Shown here piece after piece: positions 46,161 to 57,243 of a DNA stretch of 64,000 nucleotides (within the stretch, counting starts at the first letter, position 1; every line of letters starts with the position of its first letter). Made by a program: the position numbers and the translations under genes. The stretch is from an uncultured Alphaproteobacteria bacterium (GTDB lineage Bacteria > Pseudomonadota > Alphaproteobacteria > Acetobacterales > Acetobacteraceae). The stretch is taken from positions 502,257 through 566,256 of the forward strand of contig CAWFNN010000007.1 of NCBI GenBank assembly GCA_963817185.1. Direction: 5' to 3'. Under the pieces are notes generated by a model. The model was not told the origin of the DNA. It saw only the letters and a program-made list of their open reading frames with translations, and did not search any database.

Positions 46161-46469
46161 GGCGGGAGGCGCCAGCTGACCTCCAGCGGTGAGTTTCGCG
46201 GCCGGTTGCCGCGGCCAGCCGGTTGATCCATCGCCCGGACCGATGCCGGTCAGGTGTCCTTCGGACCGATGTCGGTCACGTGCATAACCGCTTCGCCAAA
46301 CCATCTCATCTCTTCGGCCAATACGCTGCCGGTGTCATGGCGTAGTGCAGCAATCGGTCGGGAACGGCCTGGGTTTCATGTCATGGATATTCGGCAGCAC
46401 TCCCTCGGCGGGCCCAGTGACTTGTTCGGTGGCGAGTCGATCCCTGCCCAGGAGCGCAATAACCGCCGG

Positions 46470-47334
46470 CTACATCTGCACAGCCTGCACCGCTTCCTCG
46501 AGTTCCAGGAAGGTGGGCATGTGCTCGTTCGGCACCATCTTGCGTCCGGACTCCACGCTGACCTGGGGCGCATTGCCGTATAAGATGCGTCACCAGGACG
46601 GCGCGGATCACTTCGAGATATTTGGCCTCCTCTTCCACGATGCCCTTCATGCGGGAGGAGAACGGACCCGCGATGCCGTAGGCCAGCAGAACGCCCAGGA
46701 ACGTCCCGGTCAGCGCGCCGGCGATCATGCCGCCCAGAACGGCCGGGGGCTGATCGATATGCGCCATCGTCTTGATGACGCCCAGGACGGCGGCGACGAT
46801 TCCCAGCGCCGGCAGCGCGTCGGCCATGGTCTGCATGATATGCGACGGATGCAACTCCTCGAGCAGGGTTTTCTTCAATTCCCGGGCCATGACGTCTTCA
46901 ATCTGATTGGGATCGTCGGCGTTCATCCCGACCATGCGCAGGTAATCACAGATGATCGTGCAGGCGTGATGATTGGCGAGAATTTTCGGAAATTTCTGGA
47001 ATGCGGCGCTTTCATCAGGCTTTTCGATATGTGGCTCGAGCGCCATGGCGCCCTTGGTGCTCGCCAGCCGCACGAGAAAATAGAGCAGGCTGAGAAGGTC
47101 AATGTAATCAGCCTTCTTGAATGCGGCACCTTTGAGCATCTTGCCGAAAGCGCCAAGCGTGTGTTTGACGTCGTGCATGCTGTTCGCCATCAGCATCGTG
47201 CTGATGGCAGCGCCCCCGATGGTCCACATCTCGAACGGCACGGCTTCGACGAGCGGCGCCATGCTGCCGCCGGAGCTGAGATAGCTGCCCAGGACGCAGG
47301 CGAACAACAAAACCAGGCCGCCAATCGTTAGCAT
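46470..47334 (-). CDS. motA: Flagellar stator MotA (frameshift near 46580)
   Basis: PALGIVAAVLGV, GTFLGVLLAYG; C-terminus GNAPQVSVESGRK in shifted frame. Confidence 0.92.
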
Positions 47335-47343
47335 GATCGGAAC

Positions 47344-48504
47344 TCAGGGCGCGGCGCGGGCTGGAACGTCGGGGGCAACACTGGGCGCAGCCGCAGGGGG
47401 CGTCGCGCCGGGCGCCGAGAAGGGGCCCGGGAGCGGGGCAGTTAGAGCAGGAACGGATGGCGCCTCGCGGAGTACGAGGATGGCGATCCGCCGGTTAGCC
47501 GCTGCCAGCGGATCCGCCGGCAGCAGCGGGTCGCGATCCGCGTCGCCGATGACGGACTTGACCCGCGGCTCGGGAAACCCGCTGTCGGTCAGCAGCCGCC
47601 TGGTTGCGTTTGCCCGTTCGGCGGACAATTCCCAATTGGTCCGGTCGGGGCCGGGAAACGGTGCGGCGTCGGTATGGCCAGCGATGGAAATGGGCTGGCT
47701 CAGCTTCATCAGCACGGGCACGATCTTCTGGATCAGCAACCTGGCCCGTTCGTTCGGCGTTGCGGATCCGGACGGAAACATCGGCATTTTGACCTCGTCG
47801 AGGAGTTGTATGCGCAAGCCTTCCGGGGTCATATCGATCGCGATTTGCTTGACAAGATCTGCCAGCGCGGGATCGCTCCGCACAGCGTCTCTGATCTGCT
47901 GGGCGGCCTGCTCGAACGCGGCTTTTTCCTCGCGCGCCTTTTCGGCTGCCACATCGGCCGCGGTAACCGGACGGGTGTCGGGCTGGCCTTCGCGGACGAC
48001 GTCGGCCCCGCCACCGGGACCGGGCGCGGGGCGCATGGCCTTTTGACCCAAGGGCTTCTCACCGTCGGCGTCCTGATCATCGCTGGCCGGACCGACGCCG
48101 ACGCCGTCGCCGGTTCTGGCGTGGTGGATGTCGGTATAGACGGGATCGTCACCGTCCTCGGTCTTTTCAACCACCGGACGTTTGCCAGCCGAGATCTCGA
48201 CGGCGCCGCGGTCGGACACCAGCGCACCTTGATCGAACGCGGTATGGCCTCCGAATGGGTCGCCGGTGCCGGACGATGCATGGGACAATAAATTATTTGG
48301 ACTGAAATAGTCCGCGAGACCCTTGCGCTGATCCTCGGTCGTGGCGTTGAGGAGCCACATCAGCAGGAAGAACGCCATCATAGCGGTTACAAAATCGGCG
48401 TAGGCGACCTTCCAGGCGCCGCCGTGGTGGCCGCCCTCAACAATCTCGTACTTTTTAACGATGATTCCGCCCTTGAAGCCTTTCTTCTCCCGTTTGCCCG
48501 CCAT
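47344..48504 (-). CDS. motB: Flagellar stator MotB
   Basis: WKVAYADFVTAMMAFF, GHTD, NWELS..RA, NRRI. Confidence 0.94.
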   Translation of the reverse strand: MAGKREKKGFKGGIIVKKYEIVEGGHHGGAWKVAYADFVTAMMAFFLLMWLLNATTEDQRKGLADYFSPNNLLSHASSGTGDPFGGHTAFDQGALVSDRGAVEISAGKRPVVEKTEDGDDPVYTDIHHARTGDGVGVGPASDDQDADGEKPLGQKAMRPAPGPGGGADVVREGQPDTRPVTAADVAAEKAREEKAAFEQAAQQIRDAVRSDPALADLVKQIAIDMTPEGLRIQLLDEVKMPMFPSGSATPNERARLLIQKIVPVLMKLSQPISIAGHTDAAPFPGPDRTNWELSAERANATRRLLTDSGFPEPRVKSVIGDADRDPLLPADPLAAANRRIAILVLREAPSVPALTAPLPGPFSAPGATPPAAAPSVAPDVPARAAP

Positions 48505-48869
48505 GTCTGCCCTCCAGAGAGCCGCAACATGACCGCCAATCGTTAACCTTTCCCTAACCCAGGCAAAAAAGTCCCCGATCACCACGCGGTGGCCGCGGCT
48601 GCCACCGCCACCGCGCCGGGATGATGGCCCGCGGCGGGCTCCCGGTTTCGCCCTTGACCTCGCCGATCGAGGCGAAGTCCACATCGCGCCGACTTATGGG
48701 GCATATCAGGTATGCGTTCCGACGGAAGGGCACCGGGCAGCAGGACCGCGGCCTCATCACGAGAAATTCGCAGCCCTTGTTGTTGGTCCCAGTCGCGGAC
48801 ATCTACGTTTCCATGCTGGACGGTGACGCCACGCTGATGAAAGGAGCAGACCGGCGACGGGGTGTGATC

Positions 48870-49874
48870 ATGGATCCTGAGGCCGAGGTGATTACGATCG
48901 ATACCGGAATGGGTGAGGCGCTCGCGAGGCAGATCGTCGACGACGGTGTGCGCCGCTATTTCGCCGCTCGGCATGACCTGGTCAGACCGTTCGTTGACCG
49001 GAACTTCTCGTTGCGCGGATCGATCGACCTGCACCGGGCCGCGATCGGCTGGGACATCGCGCGAGCACCGCTGAACCTGACGATGGCGGCGCCTCAGGTC
49101 GGGCTGCTGCTTGCCTCGAAGGCCGCGGGCAAGCTCGGAGCGACGCGGGTGGCGTCAAGCCTCGGCCGCAAGCGTCTCGTCGTGCACACGGCGGTTGGAA
49201 AGGAGCTGGCCTGGCGGCTGCATGCCGACCTGCTGGAACTGCCGTACTGCTCGGGCGACCGCGTCGCGGCGAGGGACGTTCTGGCCGAAACCATCCTGTC
49301 CGACCAGCGTGTCGTGGCCGTCGTGACCCCGGCGCTGGAAGCGATCGCGGCACGCGGCGACGACCCCGCGCTGCGCCGGCGCCTGGAAGCCGCGATGACC
49401 GAATATACGCGAACCCGGGCGGCCGCCACCGAGATCACCACCGCGCTGCTCAGCCTGAGCGCCGGCGCGCTTGCGCTGCGGAAGCTGACGCCGGGCGCGC
49501 TGTCGCTCGGCCCGACGCTGGCCGCCGCGATCGCGCAGCGGGCGGCGGTGATGTCGTTCCCGATGGGCGGCGCTCTGGGTTCGATCTGGTATACGCTGTT
49601 TCCGGTGACGCCGTCGGCGATGCTGGTGGCCGGACTGACCGGCGGGCTGCTGGCGGCCTCGACCGTCGTCTCGGCTTTCGCGGGCGTTGTCGCCGATCCG
49701 GTGCAACGCAAGCTGGGCCTGCACGAACGGCGGCTGCGGCGGATGCTGGACGCGCTGGAACGGCAGATGAAGGATCCGGCCGCGCCCGGGTTCGTGGTGC
49801 ACGATCATTACGTTGCCCGGTTGCTTGATCTGCTGGACGTGGCGGGCGCGCTGATACGCCTGGCGGCGCGATAA
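48870..49874 (+). CDS. DUF6635-like hypothetical protein
   Basis: FVDRNFS..G...LH..A.GWD..RAP.N and DPVQ..LGLH.RRL patterns recalled for this family. Confidence 0.65.
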   Translation: MDPEAEVITIDTGMGEALARQIVDDGVRRYFAARHDLVRPFVDRNFSLRGSIDLHRAAIGWDIARAPLNLTMAAPQVGLLLASKAAGKLGATRVASSLGRKRLVVHTAVGKELAWRLHADLLELPYCSGDRVAARDVLAETILSDQRVVAVVTPALEAIAARGDDPALRRRLEAAMTEYTRTRAAATEITTALLSLSAGALALRKLTPGALSLGPTLAAAIAQRAAVMSFPMGGALGSIWYTLFPVTPSAMLVAGLTGGLLAASTVVSAFAGVVADPVQRKLGLHERRLRRMLDALERQMKDPAAPGFVVHDHYVARLLDLLDVAGALIRLAAR

Positions 49875-49890
49875 AAGGCATCGACCTTGG

Positions 49891-49921
49891 GTGGAAGCGC
49901 TTTTGCGCGTGGAAGCGCTTT
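49891..49921. promoter_or_regulatory. Twin GTGGAAGCGCTTT repeats (LacI-type operator-like)
   Basis: 13-bp direct repeat, period 18, palindromic AAGCGCTT core, upstream of the ABC operon. Confidence 0.35.
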
Positions 49922-50181
49922 GGCGAGTGGGGACGCTGTGGCTCATACTTCGCGCGCGCATTCATTATCCCGAGGTCACTTCCTATCCGGTTCTTCGGGC
50001 CGTGTGAACTTAAGCGCCACGATCGCGCGCGTTGAACCGAACACGGACACATTCGTGCACTTGCAGAGCGGTTCCACGTGATGGACAAGGGTCGGGCCTT
50101 CCCTGCGATTCGGCCGCGTACCTGACCCAAAAACAGCGTCCGAAACATCTTTTGATCCGACGGACCGCGACGAGGACATGA

Positions 50182-51041
50182 ATGGCTGATGCGGTGACGG
50201 TGATTTTCGAGATCGCCTCGTTCAGTTCCGTGATGGTGCTGATCGTGCTGGGGCTTGGCGTCATCGCAAGCATGATGGGCATTTTCAACTTCGCGCACGG
50301 CGAATTCGTGCTGCTCGGCGCCTATACCGTTTATCTCTCGGCAGAGGCAGGCCTGGGCCTCTGGTCTGGGATGGTCGCCGCACCGATCGTGGTGGGCCTG
50401 TTCGGATTCGTCATGGAGCGCATAATAATCAGGCGCTTCTATGCTTCGCCGATCATCGCGATGCTTGGGACTTACGCAATCGGACTGATGATCCGGGAGA
50501 CCATTCGCGGGCTTGCTCGGGGGACAGTACAAGTCGATCGCCGAGCCGATCGGGGGCGCGTTCTCGATTGGCGGGATCAATTTCTCCATATGGCGGACCA
50601 TAATCATCGTGGCGACGCTGGTTGTGCTGGCGGCAAGCTGGTGGATGCTGGCGCGAACCCCACTCGGGCCTGCGCATTCGGGGTGCTTTGGAAAATCCCA
50701 TGCTGGCAAGGGCCTGCGGCATCTCGACGGCGCGGCTGTACGGGCTGACGTTCGCGTTCGGCTCCGCGCTTGCAGGGCTGGCGGGCGCATTGATCGTGCC
50801 GCTGTATCAACTGTCGGCCGATATCGGGATACGGTTTCTGGTGCAGAGCTTTCTTTCCGTGATGCTGGGCGGCGTGGGTTCGTTCCAGGGACCGGTGCTT
50901 GGGGCGGGCGCGGTCGGCGTGATGGCGTCCGGGCTGCCGTGGCTCGTGCCGCCCGTCCTGGCGGATCCGCTCGTGTTTCTGATAGCGTTGGTAATCGTTA
51001 AACTACGGCCGCAGGGGTTCTGGGCCGTTGGCCGTGCGTAA
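50182..51041 (+). CDS. HAAT-family ABC permease (UrtB/LivH-like), frameshifted
   Basis: NFAHGEF, LAGLAG, LGGVGS. Confidence 0.88.
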
Positions 51042-51066
51042 GATCAAAAAATCAAGGGGGAGAGCG

Positions 51067-52312
51067 ATGAAACAAGCGAAGTCGACCGTGAATACATCGC
51101 GGCGGGGACTTCTGAGGCGGGGCCGGGGCGCTCACCGCCGCCGGGTGGGTCGGGGGACTGGCGGGCGGCTGGCTGCTGCGGCCGGGGTGGAGCCATGCCG
51201 CCGGGGCCGATCAAGATGGGCATCGCGACCGACATCACCGGCCCGATCGCGGGGGCGGGCAATTCCGACTGGCAGGTCGCGCAGTTCACGGTCGAGCAGA
51301 TCAACAAGAGCGGGGGCGTCCTGGGCCGGCCCATCGAGCTCTATCTGGAAGACACCGCATCCGATCCGAAGATCGCGGTCGGCAATGTGCGCAGGCTGAT
51401 CCAGGAGCGCAGGGTCGACGTGGTGCTGGGCGGCATCACCAGCGCCATGCGGCAGGCGATCAAGGACCCGATCGTCAACCGGGGCCGCACGCTCTACATC
51501 TATCCGCAGCTCTACGAGGGCAAGGAGTGCACGAAGGACCTGTTCTGCACCGGTCCTACCCCGGCGCAGCAATGCGACAAGCTGATCCCCTATCTGATCA
51601 AGACGGTCGGCAGGAAGCGCTTCGCGATGCCGTCCGCGAACTATGTCTGGCCGCAATTGCTGAACAAATACGCCCGCAAGGTGATCGAGGCCAATGGCGG
51701 CGAGGTCGTGTTCGAGGAATACTATCCGCTCGACCAGGCCGAATACTCCGCCACCATCAGCAAGATCAAGGACGGCAAGGTCGATTGCGTGTTCAACACC
51801 GTCATCCCGCCGGGGTTGCAGCCCTTCATGAAACAGCTGAACGAGTCCGGCTTTCAGAAGAACGGCGGGGTACTGGCCTGCGTCTATTTCGATGAGAACT
51901 CGTTGAACTATGTTCCCGCCCAGGACATCGATGGAGCGTACAGCTGCCTGGACTATTTCCAGTCGGTCAATGATCCGTTCAGCAATAAACTGATGGAGGA
52001 ATATTCGAAGCGGTTCCCCGACACCAAATACCTGTTCACCGCCGGGAGCGCCGCGACCGGCATGTATCGCGGCATCAAGTTCTACGAAGCCGCGGTCAAG
52101 GAGACCAAGGGCGATCTGCACCGCGATGCTGTCGCGGCTGCGATGGATCATGGTGTGATTGAGCGACGGCCCTGGCGGCGGTTCGTCGATGGTGCCCGGT
52201 CATATGCACTGCAAAATGAACATGTACACCGCGGTCTGCAAGGTGACCGCCGGCAAGCCTGCCTATCGATATCGTCGACAAGGCCGACATGGTGGACCCG
52301 CGGGAGTGCTGA
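51067..52312 (+). CDS. Amide/urea-type ABC substrate-binding protein (UrtA/AmiC-like), frameshifted
   Basis: Tat RR, GGITSAMR, YPQLYEG, P.QQ, NYVWP. Confidence 0.85.
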
Positions 52313-53344
52313 TGGCAGCCAGGTCCCGCAAGGCGCGCAGGAGGCGACCCTTCCGCGCGCTGCTGGCGGTTGAGCTTGTCGTCCTGACAGCGCTGGTCGT
52401 CGCGCCCTTTCTGCTGCAGGACCGGCTCGATCTGATCACGCTGATCACCAACATGATGATCCTGTCGATCTTCGCCATCAGCTTCGACATGTGCTGGGGT
52501 TTCTCCGGCATCATGTCGTTCGGGCAGGCGCTGTTCTTCGGGGTCGCGGGCTATGTCATCGCGCTTGTGGGTCGCGACCTCGATTTCAGCGCGATCTGGG
52601 GCGTTCTGCCGCTGGCGATGCTGACCGGGCTGGTACTTGCGTTCCTGTTCGCCGCATTCCTGTTGCTGGGGCGCAGGACGCCGAGCGCGATCTTTGTTGC
52701 ATTTGGGACGTTGACCGGATCGTACGCGGCGGAACGGCTGGTCTCCGGCTGGCAGTACGTCGGTGCGGGCAACGGGCTTTCCTCGATCAAGCTGCTGCAG
52801 CTTGGGTCATACGAGTTCATCGAGGGCTTCCAGTTCTACACGCTGGCGTTGCTGAGCCTCGTGCTCGTGTACCTTGGTGTGCCGCTTCATCGTTCGTTCG
52901 CAACTAGGCCTGGTGCTCGCGGGCATCCGGCAGAACGAAGAACGGCTGGCCTTCATCGGCTACCGCGTGCAGGTATTCAAGGCGCTGATCTTCTCCTTTG
53001 CCGGCATGGTGGCCGGACTTGCCGGCGCGCTCTACAGCTATCACCAGGGCTTCATCGGCCCGGGCAACATGGGTCCGGGTCTGTCGACGACAGCGGTGCT
53101 GTATTGCCTGTTCGGCGGCGCCGGCACACTGGTCGGGCCAATCATCGGGACTTTCGCCATCGAGTTGTTGAACTACGGCTTGTCCGATGTGGATGCTATC
53201 CGCCAGTTCTGGCCGGTCGTCCTTGGCCTGGTGTTGCTCCTGGTCGTGATGTTCCAGCCCAGCGGCCTGCTTGGCCTTGTCGTTTCGGCGCGCGAGCGGA
53301 TCGGCTCCTATGGCGCGCGCGGGCATCCGCCGGCAGGGCGTTGA
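52312..53344 (+). CDS. HAAT-family ABC permease (UrtC/LivM-like), frameshifted
   Basis: SFGQALFFG, IRQNEER, GGAGTLVGP. Confidence 0.88.
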
Positions 53345-53348
53345 AGCC

Positions 53349-54084
53349 ATGCCGCTGCTGGAGGTCGTCGGGTATTACCAAAGTGTTCGGCGCGTTGCGC
53401 GCCCTCGACGGCGTCGACGTGAGTGTCGAGGCAGGCACGTTTCACGGCCTTATCGGTCCCAACGGCTCCGGCAAGAGCACGCTGCTGAAGGCCATCGCAG
53501 GCGCGCATTTGCCGACGACCGGTACGATCCGCTTTGACGGCCAGGACATCACCACCCGCGCGCCGTACCAGCGGGCGCGCGCCGGACTGAGCCTGAAGTT
53601 CCAGATCACGGCGGTGCTGCGCGAATTGCCGGTCTATGACAATGTGCTGCTGGTGCTGCAATCCGGACAGGGCGCCTGGTCGCTGGTCTGGTCGCGCACC
53701 CGACGCCAGCTGGACGCGCAGGTCATGCAGGCGCTGGACCGCTTCGGGCTCGCCGATCGGGCCGACGACCTCGCCGGTGAACTCAGCCATGGCGAGCAGC
53801 AATGGCTGGAAATCGCCATGGCGCTGGCGCCGGGGCCGAAGCTGCTACTGCTGGACGAGCCGACCGGCGGGATGAGCCCGGAAGAACGACGCATCACGGG
53901 CGAACTTCTGCTGCCGATCAAGGCGGAGTGCACGCTGGTCATCGTCGAGCACGACCTGGATTTCATCAAGAACATCTGCGACCACCTGACTGTTCTTGAT
54001 CAGGGACGTGTCCTGTGCGACGGCACCGTGCGCGAGATCGAGGAGTCGCCGGAGATCCAAAGGATCTACACCAGCCGTGTCTGA
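53349..54084 (+). CDS. ABC ATP-binding protein (UrtD/LivG-like), frameshift near start
   Basis: GPNGSGKS, LSHGEQQ, LLLDEP. Confidence 0.9.
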
Positions 54085-54781
54085 AGCTGCTCCCATGCTG
54101 GTCGTAACCGGGCTGGACGCCGGGTATGGCCGCAGCCAGGTCCTGTTCGACATGCGCATCACCGCACCCACACAAGGCGCGGTCGCGGTGCTCGGTCGCA
54201 ACGGCGCCGGCAAGTCCACGCTGTTGAAGACGCTGGCTGGTGAATTGCGGCCGATGGCAGGTTCGATCCTGTTCGACGGCAGTGAGGCATCGGGCGAGGC
54301 GACGGAGCGCCGGGCGCGGCGCGGCATCGGCTTTGTGCCCCAGGAGGACGCGATCTTTGGCAAGCTGACGGTGCGGGAGAATCTGTTACTGGGCCGCACG
54401 CATCAGCGCGGCGAAGGCGGTATCGAGGAGGTCCTCGACTTCTTTCCGAAGCTGGCGCAGCGCCTTGGCCAGACAGCCGCGACGCTGTCAGGCGGCGAAC
54501 GGAAGATGCTGGCGATCAGCCGGGCCTTGCTTGGGCGTCCGAAGTTGCTGCTGCTGGACGAACCGACCGAGGGGGTCTGGATCGGCGTGATCGAGGAGAT
54601 CGCGGACCGGCTTGCGGTGCTGGCCCAGCGGATGAGCGTCATTCTGGTGGAACAGCACGTGCACCTGGCGCTGCGCGTCGCCGGCTATGCCTACGTGATG
54701 GATCGCGGGTCGGTGGCGCTGGAAGGGCCGGCCGAGCAGGTTCGCGACGATCCGCAACTGCTGCGCTACCTCGCTCCCTGA
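54077..54781 (+). CDS. ABC ATP-binding protein (UrtE/LivF-like)
   Basis: GRNGAGKS, LSGGE, LLLDEPTEG. Confidence 0.92.
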   Translation: MSEAAPMLVVTGLDAGYGRSQVLFDMRITAPTQGAVAVLGRNGAGKSTLLKTLAGELRPMAGSILFDGSEASGEATERRARRGIGFVPQEDAIFGKLTVRENLLLGRTHQRGEGGIEEVLDFFPKLAQRLGQTAATLSGGERKMLAISRALLGRPKLLLLDEPTEGVWIGVIEEIADRLAVLAQRMSVILVEQHVHLALRVAGYAYVMDRGSVALEGPAEQVRDDPQLLRYLAP

Positions 54782-55040
54782 GTGTCGCACGCTCGGTTGG
54801 TTGGACCCGCCGGTTTCGAACCAGGGGTGATCCCGCGCCGCGGGCGAATGCTCGACACTGACGAAGCCGAGGTGGGTCAATGGGAAGCCACGTTCGGTAT
54901 AAGTAACAAATATACCCGGTCGCAACAAGGAACACAGAGGGAGACACCGCGCCGTCAGCCGATTGGCCGGAAGGCCACCGCTGGCGGGCTGCGCCCTGGC
55001 GCAGCGGGCTCGCCACATCCCGCCAGCAGGCCTCGTCGGG

Positions 55041-56173
55041 TCAGGCGAGCGCCATCAGGAGACCAGCCATCAGCTTGCCTCGATACGCCAGACTATCGAT
55101 TTGAATGTGCTCATCCAGGGTATGCGCCCCTGCCCCGGCCACACCCAGCCCGTCCAGCGTCGGAATGCCCATCGCACCGGTGAAATTCCCGTCCGACCCG
55201 CCGCCCGAGCTCTGCGAGCTGATCGCGTAGCCGAGATCGCGCGCGATCTCCCGCGCGGTGTCGTACAGCGCCATCCCGCGCGCATCCGGCTCCCAGACCG
55301 GCCGCGTGACGCCTCGGGTCACCCGGAACTGCACGTCGTTGGACGACGCCCGCAGCCCCAGCATCGCCGCCACCCCGCGATCGAGGTCCTCCTGCCGCTT
55401 GGCCATCGACAGCGCCTCGCCGGTGCAGGTGGTGGTGACGCAGTTGACCCACTGGCCGCCATGGATGACGCCGACACTGAAGGTGCAGTTTTCGGTGGTC
55501 ATGTCCTCGATCTCGATCAGCTTGCGGGCCATCTCGCGGATCGCCGACCGGCCCGCCGCCAGGTTCGCCCCGGCATGGCTGGGCCGGCCTGTCGCCTCCA
55601 GGTTGAAGCGGGCGATGGCGTAACGGCCGGTCACCACGCCGCCGTCGGGACGCGCCGGTTCGGGCACCAGGACGTATTTGTGGCGGGCGGCCTCGGCCTC
55701 GATCAGATCGCGGGTGGAGGGACTGCCGATTTCCTCGTCGCTGGTGAACAGCACGGTGATCGGCAGCTTCGTGCGCAGGCCGGCGCGCTGCAGCTGGCGG
55801 ATCGCCTCCAGCGACAGGTAGTTGCCGCCCTTCATGTCCAGAATGCCCGGCCCCCAGGCGCGCTTGCCTTCGCGCCGGAACGGCAGTTTGGCCAATGTGC
55901 CGATCGGATGCACGGTATCGAGGTGGCCCATCAGCAGGATGCCCGGCACATCCGGCGTGGCATGCGGGAACGTGGCGCGCACGCAGTCACCGAGACCCCA
56001 TCCGGCCGGCGATCCGCTCGATCCGCGCGCCGGCGAGGACCAGGGCGCGCGAGGCGATGTCCATCATGCGGTTGACCGCGGCGGCGTCGAAGGTCGGGCT
56101 TTCGCATTCGACCCACTCCCGCAGGCCCGGCGAGCATGGCGTCGGGGTCGAAGGGCAGCGCGTTCAGGTCCAT
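55041..56173 (-). CDS. M20 family metallo-hydrolase (glutamate carboxypeptidase-like), frameshifted N-terminus
   Basis: GHLDTV, DMKGG, DEEIGS, GGSDG, GAH..E. Confidence 0.9.
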
Positions 56174-56212
56174 TCAGGAGGTCTCCGGAGGGTTCGCGCG
56201 ACGGTGCCACGA

Positions 56213-57142
56213 TCAGGGCAAAAGCGCGAGCCTCTGGCCCAGCAGATGCGAAAAATCCGTCCGCGTCCACCGTCTCCAGCACCGTTGCGTTGAGCGGATC
56301 GCCGGTGCGGCCCCAGCGATCGATCACGGTGCGGCCGCGACAAGGCCCCGGCCCCAGGTCCATCCGCACCGAACAGGCGCGCGCGGTGAACAGATCGGGG
56401 CGGATCAGCCACGCGACGGCACAGGGATCGTGCAGCGGGGTTGCCGAGCCCACCGAAGCCGGGACAAGGGCGGCACGGTTGCCTGGATGTCGCACGCCGC
56501 CTGCAGGGACCGTCCGTTGCCTAGACGCCGCCATGCGGCGATCCGGGCCGGCGTCGTCAGCGCCTGCGCGGTCAGTTCCAGGGTGGCGAAGACCACGGGA
56601 CGGCCGCAGGCCAGCAGGATCGCCAGCGCCTCGGGGTCGCTCCAGGCGTTGAATTCGGCGGCCGGGCGTGACGTTGCCCTCGGCCCACGCGCCGCTCATC
56701 AGCACGATCTGGCGCGACGCGGGCGGTCAGTGCCGGTTCGGTCGTCAGCGCCAGGGCCAGGTTGGTGGCCGGGCCGATGCCGATCAGCGTCACCGGTTCG
56801 GCGGCGTCGCGCAGGATGTCGCCGGATGACGTCCGCCGCCAGCCCGGGTGCCGGCGCACCGCCCGGGGGCAACACGACGCCGCCCAGGCCGTTTTCGCCG
56901 TGGACGCGGGTTTCGCTGGTGAACGCCCCCAGCAGCGGGCGGTCGGCGCCGGCATGCACCGGCACCGCGGACCCAGCGAGGGCTGTGAGGGCCAGCGCGT
57001 TCGGCAAGGTGTGCTCCAGCCCAACATTGCCGCCGGCCACTGTGATGGCGAGAACCGACAGTTCCGGCGAGGCGAGTGCCAGCAGGATCGCGACGGCATC
57101 ATCGGTTCCGGGGTCGCAATCGAGAATCACGGGTATCGGCAC
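56213..57142 (-). CDS. Inosine-uridine preferring nucleoside hydrolase (several frameshifts)
   Basis: DCDPGTDD, HGENGLG, GPATNLA, AEFN, LHDP. Confidence 0.88.
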
Positions 57143-57243
57143 GGTTTTGTCCTCCGGCGGGGATGGCAGGCGCTATCGCATCGAGGTTCGGTGGCTTTAG
57201 CGTTTCATCGCTGGGACGGTAAGACCCGGAACGGAGAAAATGC

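Noticed and set aside
46470-48504. motAB as a Zorya-type defence system
   Set aside because: Sequences carry canonical flagellar MotA/MotB motifs, with no long ZorA tail and no zorC/D/E genes
54798-54870. Complete tRNA gene
   Set aside because: Only a T-arm/CCA-like 3' part is visible; no D-arm, anticodon arm or matching 5' acceptor strand
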